Shown here piece by piece: positions 53,034 through 61,624 of a stretch of 64,000 bases of DNA. Origin of the DNA: an uncultured Eubacteriales bacterium (GTDB lineage: Bacteria > Bacillota > Clostridia > Oscillospirales > CAG-272). The stretch is taken from the NCBI GenBank assembly GCA_934433485.1, contig CAKRZR010000008.1:23342-87341 (forward strand). Reading direction: 5' to 3'. The notes beneath the pieces were generated by a model. It was not told where the DNA came from, did not search any database, and saw only the letters and a list, made by a program, of their open reading frames with translations. Every line of letters starts with the position of its first letter. Within the stretch, counting starts at the first letter, position 1. Made by a program: the position numbers and the translations under genes.

Positions 53034-53900
53034 TCATTCCTCGCCGCGATAGTATTTGCGGTAGGCTCTGGGGGTGGTTCCGGTATATTTCTGGAACACG
53101 GCGGAGAAATAGCTGCTGTCGCAGAAGGAGAGGGAATGCGCGATCTCGGTCACGGAGAGGGTGGTATCGCGGAGATATTCGGCGGCGCGGCGGATGCGGG
53201 TCTCGCAGATATAGCTATGGAGCGTTTTCCCGGTCGCCTGCCGGACGAGACGATTGATATGGTTGGGGTGATAATGGAAGCGGTCTGCCAGCTCCTCTCT
53301 GGTCAGCGGCTCACCGCAGTGGGCATTGATATACGCAAGGAGGTCGCCAATGGGGGAATCCGCGTCTGGGACAGCCATTTTCGCGCGATAGAGGGAGACT
53401 ATGATCTCGGCAAGGAGGGCGCGGGTCCGGACCGTGTAGCCGATGCGCCGTTCCTCATACTCCTTCCACAGGGTCATGGCGGTGGCGAGAAGCGCGGGCT
53501 GGCTGTCCACGACGAAGAGGGAATCGAACACGTCCGTATCGGAGAAGCGCACCGGTGTCCCCATATACCGTTCGTCATACGCGTCGCCGACGAGAATATC
53601 GGTATAGGGCGCGTCCTCATAGCGGTAGGGGAAGAAATCGAAGCAGATCTGGCGGACGATGAATTTGGAGCGGAAGACGGTGGTATAGGGGTGATGGGGC
53701 GGCATATAGAGCGCACCGCCCGCGCCCAGGGTATATTCCACGCCGTCCACGAAAAAGGCAGCTTCCCCGGAGAGGGCGACCAGGATCCGTGCGGTATACG
53801 ACTGCTTGCGCTGCTGGTTCAGGGGGTCCTGCGGCATGCAGGTCGCCGTAAAAATACCCTTGATATCCGGATAAATATCCGCGAATCGCGCATCTCCCAT
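53034..53900 (-). CDS. AraC family transcriptional regulator
   Basis: GGGAGG RBS 8 nt before ATG 53900. Cupin-like N-terminal half. C-terminal HTH pair (REELADRFHYHPNHINRLVRQATGKTLHSYICETRIRRAAEYL...VTEIAHSLSFCDSSYFSAVFQKYTGTTPRAYR). Confidence 0.92.
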   Translation of the reverse strand: MGDARFADIYPDIKGIFTATCMPQDPLNQQRKQSYTARILVALSGEAAFFVDGVEYTLGAGGALYMPPHHPYTTVFRSKFIVRQICFDFFPYRYEDAPYTDILVGDAYDERYMGTPVRFSDTDVFDSLFVVDSQPALLATAMTLWKEYEERRIGYTVRTRALLAEIIVSLYRAKMAVPDADSPIGDLLAYINAHCGEPLTREELADRFHYHPNHINRLVRQATGKTLHSYICETRIRRAAEYLRDTTLSVTEIAHSLSFCDSSYFSAVFQKYTGTTPRAYRKYYRGEE

Positions 53901-54279
53901 CCCATTTGCCTCCCTTGCTCTGTATGCCACAGGACACGCTCCGGACCGCCTCAGATTTCGCGAAAAAAAGCGCCGACACATGGTTTTTTCGCGCAGACTC
54001 CGCCGTAGACTGTGTTTTCCTGAATGTTCGTTTTTCAGGGTTTTTTCGCCCGAATTTTATAGTGTACGGACCGATTCACGCGTATACTATAGATACTGAT
54101 ATTTGTGCATATTCCACCGGATGGCGCGCGAACCTTCCATCAGATACAGTATATCACACAGCCCCGCCTTTGGCAAGAGCAGACGCGCATTTTTCCCGGA
54201 TTTCTTTCGATGATGACAATCGTCACTGAAAAGATGTGCGTTTTTTCGTGTGGAAATGCAGTGAAAGGAACTGTGTATT

Positions 54280-55734
54280 ATGAAAAACCGTCAGACCACG
54301 CTCTCCCTGCTCCTCGCCCTTCTTCTCACATCGCCGCTTGTCTCCTGTTCCGCGGGAAACGAGGTTCCGCCCTCCGCGGACAATGCCCAGACGACCATGG
54401 AGCAGACCGTGGAGGAGACCGAAACGGAGCCTGTCTACACCCTGCCCGACTATGACTGCGGCGGCGGCGATCTCATGGTCCTCACGAAGATGGAGGGAAC
54501 CGAATCCGGTCGCTGGACGACGCACGACGTATACGCGGAGGAGCTGACCGGAGAAGCCATCAACGACGCCGTATACAACCGCAACATCGCGCTGCAGGAC
54601 AAGTACCATTGCGTGATCCGGCAGGAGCGGATGAAGATGGACGCCATGCCCTCCGGGATCGCGAAATTCATCCTGGCGGGGGACGCGACCTACGACATCA
54701 TCATGCCGAACATCACCTCCGCCGCCGCGTTGTCGAAGGACGGGAACCTCTACGAGCTGCAGGATCGCCTGGAGCTGACACGCCCCTGGTGGAACGCGCA
54801 GTTTACCAAGGATACGGAGATCGGCGGGAAGAATTATTTCGTAAACGGCGACATCAGCGAAACCTTCATGCGCGCCACCTACGCGATATTCTTCAACAAG
54901 GGGATCATCGCGGACAACAATCTGGAAAATCCGTACAGGCTGGTCGAGGACGGCAGATGGACGATGGACAAGGCGCGTGAGATGGGCGCGGTCTTCGCCT
55001 CCGACGTGGACGGCAACGGCAAGCGGGACGAGACGGTGGACCATTTCGGCTTCTTCGTGCTGTCGAATCAGGTCGAGGCGCTGTACACCTCCTCCGGCGA
55101 GAAGATCATCCGGCTCAGCGAGGACGGCAGCTTCTCGTTCCACGCGGGCGACGAGAGAAGTCTGCGCGTGCTGGAGTCCATCTACAGCCTGTACGCGGAC
55201 AAGGACGTCGTGTGCAACGGCAAGACGGTGGAATCCGGGGAAACCATGTTCTCCGAGGACCGGCTGCTCTTCCTCATGGGCACGATGAACAACGTGGTCT
55301 CGATGCGCGAGATGGAGACGGATTTCGGGATCCTGCCCACACCGAAGGCGGACGAAGCGCAGGCGGAATACTACTCTTACATGAACACATGGGCGTCGAG
55401 CTGCGCCGCGATCCCGGTATCCTGCGCGGACATCGAGAAGTCGTCGATCCTCATGGAGGCGCTGGGCTGTTACTCCCGTGAATACTACACGCCCGCGTAT
55501 TATGAGATCACCCTGAAGGGCAAATCCTCCCGCGATACGGAATCGCTCGGGATGCTCGATCTGATCTACGAGCGGCGCACGGCGGATCTCGGCAACCTGT
55601 TCAACATCGGGGGCGTTCTCTCCGGCGCGACCGACCTTGTGAACCGCGGCAAGAATTCCTTCACCTCCCTCATCGAATCGAAGGCCGCCGCCGTCGAAAA
55701 GGAGCTTGCGGAGCTGAACGATATGCTCGGATAA
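54280..55734 (+). CDS. ABC-type extracellular solute-binding lipoprotein (LplA-like), paralog 5 of 6
   Basis: MKNRQTTLSLLLALLLTSPLVSC lipobox. Motifs DVDGNGK, FGILPTPKADEAQ, YYEITLKGKSSRD. Confidence 0.9.
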   Translation: MKNRQTTLSLLLALLLTSPLVSCSAGNEVPPSADNAQTTMEQTVEETETEPVYTLPDYDCGGGDLMVLTKMEGTESGRWTTHDVYAEELTGEAINDAVYNRNIALQDKYHCVIRQERMKMDAMPSGIAKFILAGDATYDIIMPNITSAAALSKDGNLYELQDRLELTRPWWNAQFTKDTEIGGKNYFVNGDISETFMRATYAIFFNKGIIADNNLENPYRLVEDGRWTMDKAREMGAVFASDVDGNGKRDETVDHFGFFVLSNQVEALYTSSGEKIIRLSEDGSFSFHAGDERSLRVLESIYSLYADKDVVCNGKTVESGETMFSEDRLLFLMGTMNNVVSMREMETDFGILPTPKADEAQAEYYSYMNTWASSCAAIPVSCADIEKSSILMEALGCYSREYYTPAYYEITLKGKSSRDTESLGMLDLIYERRTADLGNLFNIGGVLSGATDLVNRGKNSFTSLIESKAAAVEKELAELNDMLG

Positions 55735-55782
55735 ATCCCCCCTGGAAATATCCATTTTTCCCCCGTACGCGCGATCCGCGGC

Positions 55783-55835
55783 AAAAAAGCAGCGCGGTAC
55801 GTTGTCCGTTTCGGATGGCGTACCGCGCTTTTTTC
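55783..55835. terminator. bidirectional intrinsic terminator between SBP5 and the GH78 gene
   Basis: Perfect 11-bp stem AGCGCGGTACG (55791-55801) / CGTACCGCGCT (55819-55829), flanked by AAAAAA and TTTTTT. Confidence 0.8.
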
Positions 55836-55848
55836 GCGCCTATATACT

Positions 55849-58419
55849 TTATTCCGCGTCCGTTTCCCATACGTGGTAGCCGCCGGTCACCTCGTGGGTC
55901 TCTCCGGCGAAGCGGACGACCGCGGTGACGTTTGCGGGCAGATCCACAAAGAGATACCGCCTGCCGTAGCGGACGGACCAGCGGACGGACAACTCCCCGC
56001 GCACCGTATCGACCACGCCATGGGCAGAGCGCAGCTCCTTCGGGAATACCGGGGCGATCTCCACCCTGCGATACCCCGGCTCAATCGGCCGGACGCCGCA
56101 GAGATACGCGTAGAACACATAGCCGACCGCGCCGTACATCGGATGGTTGTGCGAGTTCATGCCCGGCGCCTTCTTCAGCTCAAACCGCTCCCACACCGTC
56201 GTCGCCTCGTTCTGGATCATGAAGCCGTAGGACGGGTATTCCTCCCGGGTCAGCACGCGCCACGCCTCCTCCGTATAGCCATAGGTGAACAGCGCGTCAA
56301 AGAGATACCGCGTGCTGAGATTGCCCGTGGTGATCGCGTAATCCCGTGCCACCAGATCGGCCGCCAGCACCGCCGCCGCCTTTTCGCGCACCTCCTCCGG
56401 CAGGATCCCCAGCCACAGCGAGAACGCCTGCGCCCCCTGCGACCCGCGCTCCACGATCCCCGTTTCCGGATCCAGCCACTTCGCCAGATACGCCGCACGC
56501 ACCTTTTCGCCGAGCGCCCGGTACTTCTCCGCGTCCGCCGTCCGACCGAGCAGCTCCGCCATCTTTGTGAGAAGCCGACAGTTGAGGTAGGAGTAGCCCG
56601 TGGACATCAGCTTTCCGTCCGTGACCGCGCTCTGTGCCGCCTCGTCGGAGAGACAGGCGTACGCCGGACCCGCCCAGTCGCCGTAATAGCTGTAGTCCAC
56701 GATGTAGTCTACGGAACGGTGCAGGAGGCAGTCCTCCCACGCCGCGAAGCCATCAAAGGACTCGGCGAGAATCGCCAGATTGCCCCGGTGCAGCCAGGTC
56801 TCGTATCCGGCGATCAGGTACGAGGAGCACACCGGATCCGCGGGTCTGCCGCCCCAGATGAACGGCGCCGTGCATGTGATCGCACCGTCGTCCGCCTTGG
56901 ACTGTTCCGCGCGCAGATCCCGGATGAGCTTCGGGAACATGCGCGAAATGTCAAAGTTGTACGGCGTTTCCTCAAAGCGCACCGTCGCGTCGTTCATCCA
57001 GCCCATGCGCTCGTCCCGCTGCGGACAGTCGGTCAGAATGGAGTGCATGTTGTCCATCTCCGTCATGACCACCATGTCGTGGAGCTTTGTGACCAGCGCG
57101 TTTCCGCAGGAGAAATGGCTCGCCGTGCGCAGATCCGTACACCACAGCTCCGCCGTAATAGCGTCCCGGTCGAGGTAGTCCAGTCCCTCTACGGCGCAGT
57201 AGCGGAATCCATGGTACGTGAATGTCGGACAATAGACCGCGCCGTTTTCACGACCGGAGGCAATGTAGGTGTCCGTTTGTGCCGCGCCGCGCAGAGTGTC
57301 TCTGTAGAGCGTGCCGTCCTCGTTCAGCTCCTCCGCGTGACAAAGCGTGATCGTCTGTCCCGCGCGCAGTCCCTCCGGCAGCACCAGACGGCACACACCG
57401 GCAATGTTCTGCCCGAAATCCACGACAAACATGCCCGGCTTCGGCATCGTGATCTCGACAGGCGCGTAGTCCCGGATGTGGCAAATCGGCGGCAGCACCA
57501 TCGGCACAAGCGCACCGCCGGGAGCAGCTGCGATATCCGCCTGCTTCATGCCCGAGGTGCCGTCCGCGGTGTTCCATTTCGGGTTCGCCAGTCTGGCGTC
57601 GTACGTTTCCCCGTTGTAGATCGTCGCCGACGTGACAGCACCCCGGTCGACCTGCCAGCGTCCGTCCGTCGCAATCGTCTCCATCGTGCCGTCCGCGTAC
57701 CGGAACACGAGCAGCGCCCACAGCATCGGCTTGCCAAAGAACGCCGGGACCATGCCGTTCGGGAGCTTTCCGCCGCGCCAGCCCAGTCCGACCGCGACGC
57801 CGAGCACGTTCGTTCCCGGATGCAGCGTCATCGGCGTGAGTACATCCACCGTATACGCCACAAGCCGCGTGTAGTCCGTATGCGCCGGATCGAGCCGCGC
57901 GTCTGAGATGGGCGCACCGTTGATGGTCACGCTCTGGTAGCCGATGCCCGCGCAGTACAGGGTCGCCGAGGTCAGATCGTGCCGGACGGAAAACGCCCTG
58001 CGGAAATAGAGCGCCGCCGTGTCCTCCGCCGTGTAGGTTCCGTCCGTGATCCAGTCCGCGTGCGCGTTCTCCGGCAAAAGCCCGACGACGAACGACGCCC
58101 ACGCCACCCCGGATTCCTCGCCGGCTTTGTTTTTCACCGATACCGTGACCTCCACCGGTACGCCGACCGGCAGCGCGTCCCCGGCATAGACAACGGACGA
58201 TTCCGCGCTCTCTACCCAGCCCGTGCGCCAGTATTCCGCACCGTTCGCCGTCACCGCGATCGAGTACCCGGACAAAATCTGCCCGTCTCCCTCCGTGGAC
58301 GAGATTGCCGCCCATCCGATCTCCGGCGTCATGGTATCCGTCGTCCGAAACCGCACGCTCTCCTTCGCCGCGGAGGTAATGTCCGCTCCGTCCAGCGTGA
58401 TTTTCTGAATATGCAGCAT
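55849..58419 (-). CDS. alpha-L-rhamnosidase (glycoside hydrolase family 78)
   Basis: From MLHIQKITLDG (ATG 58419). GH78-typical N-terminal domain (ATLYCAGIGYQSVTINGAPISD...). Conserved DCPQRDERMGWMND motif. Six-hairpin catalytic domain. No signal peptide. The upstream 128 codons of the ORF-track entry run through a repeat. Confidence 0.9.
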   Translation of the reverse strand: MLHIQKITLDGADITSAAKESVRFRTTDTMTPEIGWAAISSTEGDGQILSGYSIAVTANGAEYWRTGWVESAESSVVYAGDALPVGVPVEVTVSVKNKAGEESGVAWASFVVGLLPENAHADWITDGTYTAEDTAALYFRRAFSVRHDLTSATLYCAGIGYQSVTINGAPISDARLDPAHTDYTRLVAYTVDVLTPMTLHPGTNVLGVAVGLGWRGGKLPNGMVPAFFGKPMLWALLVFRYADGTMETIATDGRWQVDRGAVTSATIYNGETYDARLANPKWNTADGTSGMKQADIAAAPGGALVPMVLPPICHIRDYAPVEITMPKPGMFVVDFGQNIAGVCRLVLPEGLRAGQTITLCHAEELNEDGTLYRDTLRGAAQTDTYIASGRENGAVYCPTFTYHGFRYCAVEGLDYLDRDAITAELWCTDLRTASHFSCGNALVTKLHDMVVMTEMDNMHSILTDCPQRDERMGWMNDATVRFEETPYNFDISRMFPKLIRDLRAEQSKADDGAITCTAPFIWGGRPADPVCSSYLIAGYETWLHRGNLAILAESFDGFAAWEDCLLHRSVDYIVDYSYYGDWAGPAYACLSDEAAQSAVTDGKLMSTGYSYLNCRLLTKMAELLGRTADAEKYRALGEKVRAAYLAKWLDPETGIVERGSQGAQAFSLWLGILPEEVREKAAAVLAADLVARDYAITTGNLSTRYLFDALFTYGYTEEAWRVLTREEYPSYGFMIQNEATTVWERFELKKAPGMNSHNHPMYGAVGYVFYAYLCGVRPIEPGYRRVEIAPVFPKELRSAHGVVDTVRGELSVRWSVRYGRRYLFVDLPANVTAVVRFAGETHEVTGGYHVWETDAE

Positions 58420-58433
58420 AGGATTGTTCGTTT

Positions 58434-58688
58434 TGCGGGGGAAAACTATTTCGAGAAAAAGTTTTCCCCCGCGCCCCCTTTCAAAAAGCTTTGTAAAAAC
58501 AGATATAAATAATGAGGAGTGAGGAGGGAACTGTATTGGTGAGCAGTCGGACTTGCACAAACTATATCCAAATCCATCCCTAAATAAAAGTTTTGTGGAG
58601 CTGGAACGAACAAGATCGTAACACGAACTTGTTCGTTCATTCAAAAGCGACCGTTCCCCTCGTGCCCCGCGTTCCCCTCGTTTCCCAG
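58434..58688 (-). repeat. modular intergenic repeat, copy 11 (between SBP6 and the GH78 gene)
   Basis: Hairpin GCGGGGGAAAACTATTTC-GA-GAAAAAGTTTTCCCCCGC plus TCAAAAAGCTTTGTAAAAAC box. Core TTGGTGAGCAGTCGGACTTGCACAAAC. TAAATAAAAGTTTTGTGG box. ACGAACAAGATCGT and ACGAACTTGTTCGT hairpins. G-rich flank rc (CCGTTCCCCTCGTGCCCCGCGTTCCCCTCG). Confidence 0.9.
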
Positions 58689-58693
58689 ATACG

Positions 58694-60139
58694 TTATTCG
58701 TTGAATACCGCAATATCCGCAGCGATGCCGGATTCGATTTTGGCGGAGATTTTGGCGAAAGCGGAGGCGATATCCGCGTTGCCCTTGCCGATGTTCTGCT
58801 CAAGCGCGGAACGCATGTCGCCCCAGTTGTAGACGTAGCCGATCTCGAAGCGGCCGGAGTCGAGGATGGTATCCAGGGACGCTACGCTCGCCTCGTCGCG
58901 CACCAGCTTGGAGCCGAGCACCACGTCGTAGTACATGCCGCGCACCGTGCGGTTCGATTCGGCAGCCAGGTTTTCGAGCACCACACCGGTCCTGTCCGCG
59001 TCGGAGACCGTCACCGGCACGCAAAGCCCGATCGCGCCGTGATAGACCGGGGACACGTATTCCGCGCCCTCATCCGCTTTCGGCAGCACCACGATCCCGA
59101 ATTCGCTCTCCATGTCGCGCAGCTCCGGCAGCGTCCCCAGCACCTCCATCATGTAGAGCGCGCGGTCCGTCTTGAATACACCCTGGTACCCGCCGTCCAC
59201 CTTCTCCACACCGGCAGTCCCGCTCTTCACCGTCGTGTGCTTGTCCGTGTAGAGCGTCATCACCTTCCGGTACGCGTCAATGAACGCCTCCGATAAGCCG
59301 TCATATACCGGATACCCGTCCGCGTCCCGGCTAAGCGGCGACTGCCCCAGCGCAAGGATCATCGACTGCCCCGCGTTCGAGTGCATCGCCACCCCGTACG
59401 TGTCCGCGTCCGCGGTCCATTCGCCGTCGCCGTTGACATCCGTGGACGCCGCCTGCGCCGTGCTGTAGTATACGTCATACGTCCACTTGCCCTCGTCCAC
59501 CGTCACGTAGGGATCCGGGATCTGGAACTTCTCCGCCACCGTCTTGTTGAAGAAGATCGCGTAGTAGGACTCATAGAACATCAGGTTGATGTCCCCGATC
59601 ATCATGTATTCCCGCGGTCCGATCGCCATGTCCCGGATCGCGTTCCCGTTCCACCACGGCATGTCGGTACGAATCGCAGACAGCGCGGCGGTATCCAGAA
59701 GCATCTTCTGCTGCGCCGTCGTCATGAGGTTAAACGCCATCAGCGTCATCGCGTCGTAGGCGTCCTCGCTTGCGAGAACCGTCGCCTTTACCTCGTCCAT
59801 GACCTTGCTGTAGTGCAGCCCCGTCTCCGTGATCACAATGCCGAGCCTGTCCTCCACCGCCAGATTCCGCGCGAACACCGCGTCGTCCAGCACCTCGCCG
59901 GTCTGTTCCTCTACGTCCATGCGATAATAGCCCCAGTTTTCCTCCGTCGTCAGAAAGCGGAAGCCGTAGCCGTCGTAGCTGCCTGCCGGTACGTTGTCCC
60001 AGATCTCCGTCTCCTGTACGGTTTCCGCGGCGTCGACAGCCGTGTCCGCCGTGCCTGTGGTCTCTTTGTCCGTCGTTTCCGCGCCGCAGCCCACAAGCAT
60101 GGCGCACAAAAGCAGCGCTGTGATGATTCGCTTTTTCAT
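58694..60139 (-). CDS. ABC-type extracellular solute-binding lipoprotein (LplA-like), paralog 6 of 6
   Basis: GGGAGGAAA RBS. MKKRIITALLLCAMLVGC lipobox. Motifs DVNGDGE, FGIVVLPKADEGAEY, MYYDVVLGSKLVRD. Confidence 0.9.
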   Translation of the reverse strand: MKKRIITALLLCAMLVGCGAETTDKETTGTADTAVDAAETVQETEIWDNVPAGSYDGYGFRFLTTEENWGYYRMDVEEQTGEVLDDAVFARNLAVEDRLGIVITETGLHYSKVMDEVKATVLASEDAYDAMTLMAFNLMTTAQQKMLLDTAALSAIRTDMPWWNGNAIRDMAIGPREYMMIGDINLMFYESYYAIFFNKTVAEKFQIPDPYVTVDEGKWTYDVYYSTAQAASTDVNGDGEWTADADTYGVAMHSNAGQSMILALGQSPLSRDADGYPVYDGLSEAFIDAYRKVMTLYTDKHTTVKSGTAGVEKVDGGYQGVFKTDRALYMMEVLGTLPELRDMESEFGIVVLPKADEGAEYVSPVYHGAIGLCVPVTVSDADRTGVVLENLAAESNRTVRGMYYDVVLGSKLVRDEASVASLDTILDSGRFEIGYVYNWGDMRSALEQNIGKGNADIASAFAKISAKIESGIAADIAVFNE

Positions 60140-60171
60140 GGGTTTCCTCCCGTCGATAATGATTTGTGCAT

Positions 60172-60200
60172 ATTGTACCATATTTCCCCGCGGTTGGCAA
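60172..60200 (-). promoter_or_regulatory. sigma-A promoter of the SBP6 / GH78 unit
   Basis: Minus strand: TTGCCA (60200-60195), 17-bp spacer, extended -10 TGgTACAAT (60180-60172). Confidence 0.6.
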
Positions 60201-60316
60201 GAGTTATCGCACAATTTGTTTCCGCAAAAAATCCGCAAGCTCCTGCCGCCGCATTTCTCCGCCTCCCTTGTAGCGCAGGGTTCGCGAACAATTTACAAAG
60301 TCTCGGCATCCTGCCG

Positions 60317-60345
60317 TTGCATACCGGCGAAATTTGTGGTATAAT
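60317..60345 (+). promoter_or_regulatory. sigma-A promoter of the sbcD-like / yhaN-like genes
   Basis: TTGCAT (60317-60322), 17-bp spacer, extended -10 TGgTATAAT (60337-60345). Confidence 0.6.
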
Positions 60346-60411
60346 GTAAGAAAATTGGAATCTCGCCCCGGCTGCCGCGCATGGCACCCGGGAACAAAAG
60401 GGCTTATCTTT

Positions 60412-61521
60412 ATGAAAATACTGCACACAGGCGACCTGCATCTCGACAGCGCTTTCCATTCGCTCACCGAACGGCAGGCGGAAATCCGGAAAAACGAGCT
60501 GCGCGCCGCGTTTACGTCCATGATGACCTACGCGCGCATGAACGACATCTCCCTCGCCCTCTTCGCAGGAGACGTTTTTGACAGCGCGTACGCCACCCGC
60601 GAAACCTTGTCGCTGCTCGCGGCGGAATTTGCGCGCTTCGGCAGACCGGTCGTCATCGCAACGGGCAACCACGATCCCTCCGGCACCCTCTGGAACGGCG
60701 TGGATTTTCCCGACAACGTCACCATTTTGGGCAAACCGGAAATGCAGCGCGTCGTGTTTCCGGAGCTGAACTGCGAGGTCTGGGGCTACGGCTTTGACAC
60801 GCAGAACCTCGACAAAAGTCCCCTGGAGGGCTTCCGCCTTCCAGACCCGGACGCGGAGGACGAAAACCGGATCCGGCTCGTCGTCTGTCACGCGGATACC
60901 GCCGATCAGAGCAGCACGAACGCGCCTCTGTCCGAGCAGTCGCTGCGGGATTGCGGCGCCGACTACATTGCCCTCGGTCACATCCACAACGCCCCGCCGA
61001 TGGGGGAAAAATGGGCGTACTGCGGCTGTCTGGAGGGACGCAAGTTCACGGAGCCGGGTCCAAAGGGCGCGTGCATCGCGGAAATTCACAAGGAAAACGG
61101 CGTCTCGGACGTGCGTGTGCGGCGGGTACGCTTCTCCAAGCGGCGCTACGAAACCGCGGTGCTCTCCGTAGACGGCATTGCCACACAGGCGGAAGCGGCG
61201 GAGCGGATCCGGGCGTGTGTTGCGGAGAAAAAGCTCGGCGAGGACTGTCTGCTCCGTGTGACGCTGTCCGGACAGGTTTCGCCCACCCTCGTGCTGCAGC
61301 CGGAGCTGTTTGCGTCGGACGGACTGTTTGCCCTCACCGTCGTGGACAACACCGTGCCGGAGGTCGATCTGGACGTGCTGCGGCGGGATCCCGGTATCCG
61401 CGGCGCGTTTCTGCGTGCCTTAGAGCCGCACCTCACCTCCCGCGACCCCGGAGAAAGAGAAAGCGCGCGTATCGCTCTGCGCAACGGTCTGTCCGCCATC
61501 GACGGCGGCACGATCGGGTGA
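60412..61521 (+). CDS. SbcD/YhaO-like metallophosphoesterase (DNA repair exonuclease family)
   Basis: Calcineurin-like motifs HTGDLHLD, GDVFD, GNHD and GHIH. 369 aa from MKILHTGD. Confidence 0.88.
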   Translation: MKILHTGDLHLDSAFHSLTERQAEIRKNELRAAFTSMMTYARMNDISLALFAGDVFDSAYATRETLSLLAAEFARFGRPVVIATGNHDPSGTLWNGVDFPDNVTILGKPEMQRVVFPELNCEVWGYGFDTQNLDKSPLEGFRLPDPDAEDENRIRLVVCHADTADQSSTNAPLSEQSLRDCGADYIALGHIHNAPPMGEKWAYCGCLEGRKFTEPGPKGACIAEIHKENGVSDVRVRRVRFSKRRYETAVLSVDGIATQAEAAERIRACVAEKKLGEDCLLRVTLSGQVSPTLVLQPELFASDGLFALTVVDNTVPEVDLDVLRRDPGIRGAFLRALEPHLTSRDPGERESARIALRNGLSAIDGGTIG

Positions 61522-61624
61522 GACAGGGCAAAAATTCATACAAATCTTCATCCACAAAAAAGTTTACTATAAAACGGCGCGCGCCGGCATCTCCTGCATC
61601 CGCCGCCGTTTTCCAAGGTGACCT

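Noticed and set aside
58420-58803. 128-codon N-terminal extension of the GH78 ORF (984-aa track entry)
   Set aside because: The extension reads through modular repeat copy 11 and overlaps the 3' end of the SBP6 gene. GH78 homology begins at MLHIQKITLDG (ATG 58419).
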